The translations under genes were made by a program, and so were the position numbers. A stretch of DNA of 64,000 nucleotides from Octopus vulgaris. Its lineage: Eukaryota. Location of the stretch: NCBI GenBank assembly GCA_951406725.2, contig OX597832.1, positions 31,744,001 to 31,808,000 on the forward strand. The letters run 5' to 3'. The notes beneath the pieces are model-generated. The model was given only the letters and a program-made list of their open reading frames with translations. It was not told where the DNA came from and did not search any database. Below are positions 55,083 through 64,000 of this stretch, piece after piece (the first letter of the stretch is position 1; the number at the start of each line of letters is the position of its first letter).

Positions 55083-55272
55083 GGTTTCAGATTTTGGCAC
55101 AAGGGCAGCGGGGTTAAGTCGATCACGTCGGCCCCAGCACACAACTGGTATTTATTTCATCAGCTCCGAAAGGATGAAAAGCAAAGACGACGTGGGAAGA
55201 GTTTGAGCTAGGAACGAAACGCAGCTAAATATTTTGCTTCTGCAGTCTAACGCTTCTGCCAGCTCCCCGCCG
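55083..55272 (-). mobile_element. SINE family A copy
   Basis: TTTTGGCACAAGG...CCCCAGCACACAACTGGTATTTATTT...CCGAAAGGATGAAAAGCAAAG...CTAACGCTTCTGCCAGCTC.CCGCC. Confidence 0.8.
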
Positions 55273-55536
55273 CCGTAGCACCGTCAATAACAATAACGTC
55301 AACAGTTAGAGAATTGCTTTCTTGTCTGAAAAGAAGGTATTGCTCCTGATACAATCGTTGTGTCTACGATCGGTGAGTTTGTTAAAACGTAAACGTCACC
55401 ATACCGCGAACTTTAGAGACAAACACAAAACCTTAGAATTAACCTTTAACCTTAACTATAACGCTATATGAGTAAGGATAAGACAAATCCTAAAATAATA
55501 TTGGGAATAACGTATTCTTAAAGCATACTTGATATG

Positions 55537-55736
55537 AATCGCTAGCTTCTGCACGCATTTTTTTCTCTCCTCGTTTCTCTCCGTGTCTCTTTTCTGTGTA
55601 TTTTTCTGTTGAAGAGCGTAGGCTCGAAACGTAAAAGACTTGTTTTATTTATATTCCTGAGCGCCATACTAATACAATTGTTTGTTTGTACTCCACCTCC
55701 CTTCGTCTTTTGTTTATTTTCATAAAGCTTCCCGTT
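55537..55736 (+). mobile_element. HHR-bearing PLE-like terminal repeat, near-identical to 36770-36981 (motif at 55601-55638)
   Basis: TTTTT-CTGTTGA-A-GAGCGTAGGCTC-GAAA-CGTA-AAAGA and the same tail ...CATAAAGCTTCCCGT-(TA)n. Confidence 0.8.
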
Positions 55737-55757
55737 ATATATATATATATATATATA

Positions 55758-55791
<34 letters not shown>

Positions 55792-56326
55792 CGAAGAAAG
55801 GAGAGATGTGTACTTGCGGATATGTGTGACTAATAAAAGCAGTGTGTTATAACTAGGAATATTAATACAGCTGGATCATTAAATGTCAATAAAATTGGGC
55901 TATGAAAAATATTCAAACTTTACATGAGAGATTTCCAGTAAAATGTTCCCTTATCTAGATATGCTAGCACTGGGTTGGAAGAAAAGCCAGACGAGACTAA
56001 GAGAATGTGTTTGTCCTCTTGACACTTTTGAAAGGAATTATTCTACTAAAAAAACCAGCAATAATTGCTAATATTTCAATATCTTCATACATATTTCTGT
56101 TGGTTCTGTATTGCTATATGTTTCTATCACACACTAATATCCTATTTATTACGCAATGCTCCAAGAAATCTAAATCACTACACACACACACACACGTGTA
56201 TGTGTGTGTTTAAGTAGTGATTAAGTGTGTGTGTGTGTGTATGTATTTGCGTGCGTTGTAGGATGTCCAGCAAATGGAAAGTAAAGCTACCCGCCAGCTA
56301 ACGAAAACAAGCCCAAGAAAACCTGC

Positions 56327-56491
56327 AAACGTAATTTATTCTAGTTCAACATTCCATTGTGCATCAACGTGGAATCCAATATTTACCAAATTCCCGAACC
56401 TCATCTGGAAGGATTTCCCCACAGGACATAACTGTATCAATTTTTAAATTGGGGAAACTTAGATGTCAGATACAGTTGCATCAGGAATATG
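56327..56491 (+). pseudogene. Penelope-like ORF remnant (RT-to-endonuclease linker)
   Basis: KRNLF*FNIPLCINVESNI / KFPNLIWKDFPTGH / LYQFLNWGNLDVRYSCIRNM resembles RNIIWFNPP...KFLKLIDKHFP...KIFN...KISYSCMPNM. Confidence 0.75.
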
Positions 56492-56882
56492 GTGACACCG
56501 TCACAGGTAGCTAACAAACCCAATGATTTCATAGGAAATTATCCAGGGGCGATTGTTTTGATAAAGTGTCCATTCCCAAACTGCAGCATGAGTCTCAGGT
56601 GAAACGCAACCCGTTCAAACGTATACAAAGGTATGCATTTGACGAGTTAATGCCTAATCTAACTTCATTAGGAAAGTTTAGACATTTACAATTACAATAT
56701 GGCTATCGAAGCAAATGAAATCTACAGAGAAGAACATAAAATTCGTAGACGACCTTCTAGTACGAAAACCAAACCGAAAATACAAAGGTAAAGCTCGAAT
56801 TTTGCTGATACACAGCGACTGTGAAATGAACGAAACTCTGGGTGACGGAGGTTTCTGAGCAGTTATGTCGTGTAGTATCATA

Positions 56883-56978
<96 letters not shown>

Positions 56979-56981
56979 ATA

Positions 56982-57064
<83 letters not shown>
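56883..57064. repeat. (TATC)n microsatellite (others at 60122-60245, 61866-61970, 63555-63671)
   Basis: Direct reading. Confidence 0.97.
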
Positions 57065-57065
<1 letters not shown>

Positions 57066-57805
57066 CTCGCACACCACAGATATTTAGTATGAGAATTTAG
57101 TACGAGACACGGGCTTTTGAAATATAGGAACCAGTTCCTCCCTCCAATACAATAAACAAAGCCCACACTCCCATCCACCAACACCAAAACCATCACACAC
57201 ACACCACCAATTCGCTCTACACCACCACAACTCAAAACCGCTAAGACACTACGTAGCTGTTGACTGTGGAGTTAGTGGAGACGATTGCGTTGTTAGCGGT
57301 GGTAAATACAACTTCGTCACTGACATTGGTAATACAGATGAATAGATTTTAATTAGACTTAATTACATTTATTTACATTTATTTATTTGGGCACGGAGTG
57401 TCTTAGTACTTGTCTTCGTTATTGACGATATTGGTGATGTTGTTGTTGTTGTTGTTGTTGTTGTTGGTAGTGGTGATGGTAATGGTGGAAGTTATGTTCT
57501 TGTTCAAGGTGATGATGGATGCGGTGGCGGAGCAGGAGGTAGTTTAAGCTGAGGCGCTTCTGGTTGTCGTTGCGGCTGAATTTCTTATGTTTTTTTTTAT
57601 TAATGAATTTGTTATTGTTTTGGTTGTTGTTGTTGTGCTTGGGTGATGGTGTTGTTGTTGTTGTTGTTGCTTGAGCTGAATGGGTTGTGTAATTAAGAAT
57701 CGGTGAATTTGTTTTTCTTCCCCACGATGTAACACACCCTCTGTAAATATATGATTTACACCGCACGTACGAAAGTGTGTGAATGTTCACCTGTATGTGT
57801 CTCTA

Positions 57806-57864
<59 letters not shown>

Positions 57865-58226
57865 GCGTGTGTGTGTGAGTGTGTGTGTGTATGCATGTAT
57901 GTATGTATACATATACAGACACACATACATATATATATATTTATATATATATGTATGTATATATATATATATATAATATATATATATATATATACATATG
58001 CATATATCTATATATATGCACATATATATATATGCATCTATATATATATATATATACATATATACATTTGTGAGGATGCAATATATACATATATACAGGG
58101 ACAGTGATTTATATAATCATGTAATTATATAACTATATATATATATCATATAGTTACACACGCACATATATATATATAATATAGATATATACCTATATAT
58201 TGCATATTCATATATACATATATACA

Positions 58227-58264
<38 letters not shown>

Positions 58265-59301
58265 CATATATACAATATTTATATATATATATGTGCCTCT
58301 GTATGCACGCACACACAAATATACACACACATAAACGTGTGTGTACAAAAGACATGGTTAAATATGCCTAACTGTGCAAATAGATACACGTAAAAGTCGT
58401 TGCTGCTTTTGTTGTTGTTGGAGTAGTAGTAGGTGTCATTGTTGTGGTTATGGTGGTAGTAGTAGTAGCAGTAGTAGTAGTAGTAGCAGTAGTAGTTGTG
58501 GCAGCAGCAATAAAAAATAACTTAAATAAAAGAAATACGAGAACGTGGAAGCACAGCAGCAACAACAGCAATAACACAACACCAAAATCACCACCACCAC
58601 CACCACCACTGCCACTGCCACCAGCGACAACAACTACAACAACAATAGCAGTGAGAACAGCTAGTGATAGAGAGAAAATCTACAAAAACGTTCCTTCTTC
58701 CCCCCCATCACCGCCCCATCCCACTGCCAACACCGCCAACAAAAATAGTAATCAACGAAGAAGACAACCGCTGAACAACAACTAAATGAAAATATGAGTT
58801 CTCGGGTAAACAGAGAAAGAAGATTGCGTTGTTGATTGGATACTCAAAGCGTCCGTAGGAAAAAAAATATTCTACTAAGTATGTGCGTATTAGTAGAAAA
58901 CTAATTAGATATAACGGTGGTGATTGCCAGCAGTGAACAGTGAAAAGACACTTTGTGTTGGGAAAGCATATTAGGCCGATATCACGTGCAAGTTGTAATG
59001 GAGGATATATGAAAATGGCGTCGATGAGGAAGAACGGTAAGAAGCTAGTGGAAAGATGAAGAAAAGAAATAAGAAAGATGAAATGAAATATAATTGGAAA
59101 TAAATACATATATAAAAGGAATAGAAAACACACGTAAAAATAATAAAATATATCAACAACGAACTGACAACAAAACTAAAGGAATTAATACAAAGGCGAA
59201 CATGCAGCGATGTATGTATACGAGAACATAGGTACGTGTGTAGGAACGATAGCAAATACCTCGATATGCATATGTATTAATAGTACATGCTCATATGTAG
59301 A

Positions 59302-59411
<110 letters not shown>

Positions 59412-59544
59412 AAGATAAATAGACATACACACTTCCAAGCAAATATATACATACATATATGTATACACACACACACATATATATAGTTCTGTATATGCAT
59501 ATCTTTGTAGTTGCTAATTCTCTCTCACTCTGTCTCTCTCTGTC

Positions 59545-59692
<148 letters not shown>

Positions 59693-60085
59693 TGTCTGTG
59701 TGTGTCCATATATGTTGCTATCTATTTCTCTATACTCACACATATCCCCATGCTACACTCGACCATGGATAAAAAAATTCCCCAATACAGCTATGGCAAA
59801 AACTAACTTGCAACTGATGCCGTCCCGCTGTCACTGTTTGCTCAGAAGATGCTAATATTGGAAACTACTTGCGTAACGAACACATGGCGATAATTTTAGG
59901 GAATTCACCTTTGCTAATTTCCCGATCTGTCTCTCCAATCCGCCTTGTTTCCCTAAGAATTGCTGTTTGTTTTGTAAACTCTGTCTTTCAATTAAAAGTG
60001 AAGATTCAATTAATTCCCCGCGTACATCACCACCATCCAGATGTATATAAAACTCTTGTCGTAAGGTACTTCACTTCACTAACCA

Positions 60086-60119
<34 letters not shown>

Positions 60120-60121
60120 CA

Positions 60122-60246
<125 letters not shown>

Positions 60247-60306
60247 CGCTCATTCTTTCGTTCTCTCTCTCTCTTTCTGTCTCTCTCACTCTGTATATAT
60301 ATAGAG

Positions 60307-60475
60307 AGGGAGAATTTACAAAAGAACAGAAGACGAAGACGGGTGTGTAAACAACAAACAGATGTATTAGTTTAACGCTCGGGACGTGAGAAAGTCTTTA
60401 ACATTATTCCATAGAAAGGAACACAGAAATAAACAGGAGAAGAAAATAAAAAATGGTTTAGTGGCTAGCGATCCA
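60307..60475 (-). mobile_element. PLE-like terminal repeat of the 36770/45037 family with the HHR core deleted
   Basis: The reverse complement shares CGCTAGCCACTA, AAAGACTTT, CCCGAGCGTTAAACTAATACATCTGTTTGTTG and CGTCTTCGTC; adjacent to (TA)n. Confidence 0.65.
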
Positions 60476-60479
60476 TATA

Positions 60480-60706
60480 CAGTAAACCCTCGACTATCAC
60501 GGATGTTCTGTTTCAAAAATCCCCGCGATACGTGAAAATCCGCGAAGTAGAAACAATACTGTGCTGTATATTTTGTTTTATTATCTTTATAATTTGTATA
60601 TATTTATTTATTTTATTATAAATGCGAAACAACACCGCGAAGGAATCGACGAAAGCTTCAATAATAAACCGCGATAGGTGAACCGCGATATGGCGAGGGA
60701 TTACCG
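60480..60706. mobile_element. Tigger/pogo-type MITE
   Basis: TA|CAGTAAACCCTCGACTATCACGG ... CCGCGATATGGCGAGGGATTACCG|TA: imperfect ~23-bp TIRs, TA TSD and internal CCGCGA repeats. Confidence 0.85.
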
Positions 60707-61864
60707 TATTACGGTGAAACTCGAAGTAGATGGAACTTTAAATAATCGCGTATAAATATTATGCTTGAAAAAACAGATTCGGTAGAAAAAGTCGAAGGCT
60801 ACTGTGGTACGCGAAACTACATCTTCTGTCAGCACAACTGACGTTCTTCTGTACGAAAGCAGCCTTCCTTGTTGTCTTCCATTTTAGAAGCTTCGTTCTT
60901 TACGATCGAATATTGGATGTTGCTTACGTCAAAAGAATTTATTACCTCAGAAAGACGTGAAATAAATAACGTATTAATGGTGGAATGCAAAATAAATAAA
61001 GGAATATTTACTCGCTATTATTTATGTATTAATCTACTTCAGCGTTAAAAATGATTTATTTCACAGCTTTAGAAGCTTCTAAATCAATCCTTATGATATA
61101 AAGATACATACAAACATACATCCATACATTTGTACATACGTATACACATGCTCCTTGAGCAGGATTCCTTGTCTGATAACCTTAAATCCAAGCCCAAAGA
61201 AGTCACACCACTCTACCGCTATGTGTCATCAGATGAAAGGATGAGCGTAGATCAGTAGAAGGCCATGCATGGATATATTAGTAGAAAGCTCCGAGATGAT
61301 AGAAACACTGATCCTCAAAGCAGTCTATCATGAACCAAGAAAGAGATTATCACCTTTCATTTTGAAGGATAAAGTTATGCAATTCAGGAACAGGAAGTTT
61401 CAACCAAATACCGAAATCTGACTTAATATTATATATATAAGTGTATGTATGTGTGTGTCTTTGTCCCCCACCACTGCATGATAACCGATGTTAGTGTGTT
61501 TACGTCTAAGGACTGAATCAAGTAAAAGCTAACCGATACGACATTCGAAAAGAAACTCGCGAAATATGCTACGGGCCAAAAGGTTGGAGCTGAATCATCA
61601 TAGCTTGGGAGGTTTTAAGCGTAATTCTAACTCACCTTTCAACAACCTGAAAAGGGCGATGATTTTTCTTTTACTGAGAAGGATGTAAGAAGTTGCTCGT
61701 AAGAGAAGACATTCTGTTGCCATGGAGAAAGAAAAGCCAGGAAGGAGAAAGTTGATACTTGTTTGGTTTTGTGGGGAAAAAGAATATTAATAAATATTTC
61801 GAATATTAACGAATATTGCATGGTGTTATGAAAAGAGATTGGGGGAATAAAATGGCGGTGGCTC

Positions 61865-61963
<99 letters not shown>

Positions 61964-61982
61964 CTATCTATCGCTCCTAACC

Positions 61983-62035
<53 letters not shown>

Positions 62036-62838
62036 GTATATATACACATCTATATATGTATATATATATATGTATATATATACATATATATATGCCTATA
62101 TATACATATAAATGAATGTATGTATGTAAGTATAAATACGGATGTACATGTACGTAAACATATATGTACACATTGATATATATTTATATAATTGTGTGTG
62201 CATGTGTCTGTATGGAAGTGCGTGTGTATGTATGTGTATGTATGTGTGTGTGTGTGTGTGTGTGTGCGTGTATGTGTGATTAAACATTCAGCGCACGAGT
62301 AACGAGAAAACAAATTGCTGAATACAAATTAAATAAATATACAAAAAGTAGCAAGAAAGAAGTAAAGAAAAAAAAGAGAGTAAGCAATAAGAGTCATAGA
62401 TGAGTGGGGGTGGGGTAGAGGAGTGGAGGAGGTCGAAGGAGGCTGAGAAGAGGTGCGTCTTTAAGGCGGATATGTTACACCAGTATTTTATTCACTGTCA
62501 TAAACACGCATATAAACACACACACCTACATACTTACATACTTACCTCTGCTTGTGCATACAGGCGTACATAGGCAAGTACACACCGAAATACCATCAAA
62601 CATATACGCATATTCACCCTCACGTGTACTAGGCCCACACACGGGGACTCACATACACACACACGCGCATGCACACTGAAAAATACTCACGAAAACCGTT
62701 AAATACTACTCATAAAAACTCGCTGACGCATACATACAACACCATCTGCAGAGAGAGAAACAGAGAGAGAGAGAGAGAGAGGGGAAAAAGAAGGAGAAAT
62801 GTGCAATACTACAGACAACACACACACACACACGCACG

Positions 62839-62869
<31 letters not shown>

Positions 62870-63586
62870 AGAGCATGGCCCAGTTTACGATGTAAAACGA
62901 AACTGCTAGCACATCTAATCATTTCGCCATCAAATGAGTTGCCTGATAAGTAAGATTCGCCATCTCTCATCAATTCTGTGGCATGGCAGACGAGTTCGCT
63001 CTGAGAGGCAACCCTCTACATATGTACACACCACCACACGCCACCACACGCCGCCCACACACGGCACCTGCCTTGGGAAGAAATCTGTTTATTTACCAAA
63101 AACTAATCATATTGTTCCACTTTTTATTCACTTGAGTAATTTAATAACGATTTAGACAGAATGACGTCACAACACCTTAGATTCATCTCTCTTTCCCTCT
63201 CCCCTCATTCTGTTTGCTCTCCTTCTTTGTCACTCCCTACATACATACATACATACATACATACATACATACATACATACATACATACATACACACATAC
63301 ATACATATACATATTCACTTATAGGTACACGTATGTACATAAACATATACGTACATATACACACACATATACATTCGTACGTACATATTATGTGTGTATA
63401 TACATACATGCTTACACACTCACATACACACACATATATATATATATATGTATCACATACATACATACAGGCATACTTATGTGCATGCAGTCTCTCTCTC
63501 CCTCTCTCACACAAACACATATGCATGCATATAAATGTACATATATCTGCAAATCCCTATCTATTTAACTATCTCTATCTATTTAT

Positions 63587-63671
<85 letters not shown>

Positions 63672-64000
63672 ATTAACGAAGCAGCACGTTTGTGTACTAA
63701 AATTATTCCAATACATTCTTGCTTCTCGTCAAACTAAATGGAAATGTTTAAGGAACCGGACCAAACTGATCAATTCTAAATACCAAACTACCGAGGCCTC
63801 AGATCTGTAGAGTTTCCTATAACACTGAAACGTGCATACACACCAGGAAATAATTTCCGGATGTTTAAGTACTTTACATAACCTGTCACATGTTATCACA
63901 CGTTATCACATTGTATACGCCTTTATACTGGATATATACGTATATTGCAGGTTGGCGTCGTCTTATCAAACTTGCTTTGGGAATTCTCGATATTGCTGTT

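Noticed and set aside
61225-61332. HHR-like remnant CAGATGA-A-AGGAT...ATCCT-CAAA
   Set aside because: Both core segments are mutated and stem I is not evident; too degenerate to call.

Overview
AT-rich eukaryotic non-coding DNA, very dense in microsatellites. The SINE families and (TA)n/(TAA)n/(TATC)n arrays strongly suggest an Octopus (coleoid cephalopod) genome; this is recognition, not a database result. I found no convincing host protein-coding exon, and nearly all listed ORFs are translated microsatellites, so this is probably a large intron or intergenic desert. It holds a full-length but dead mariner with TIRs and TA TSD (18721-19972), a second decayed mariner, a Tigger/pogo-type MITE, a non-autonomous Helitron and a RepHel remnant. 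It also holds CR1/L2-group, RTE and R4/Dong LINE fragments, many SINEs and several Penelope-like (PLE) RT/GIY-YIG remnants. The most striking signal is about a dozen minimal type-I hammerhead ribozyme (HHR) motifs from several element families, many with non-canonical cores, in short elements that mostly end in (TA)n arrays. One is a 622-bp insertion (41710-42331) combining a tRNA-derived Pol III head, an HHR-bearing tail, a PLE-style inverted second tail and a 12-bp TSD inside the decayed mariner. Another (47705-48162) is a ~365-bp partially tandem, retrozyme-like unit with a fully foldable HHR carrying a U3:A8 core covariation.
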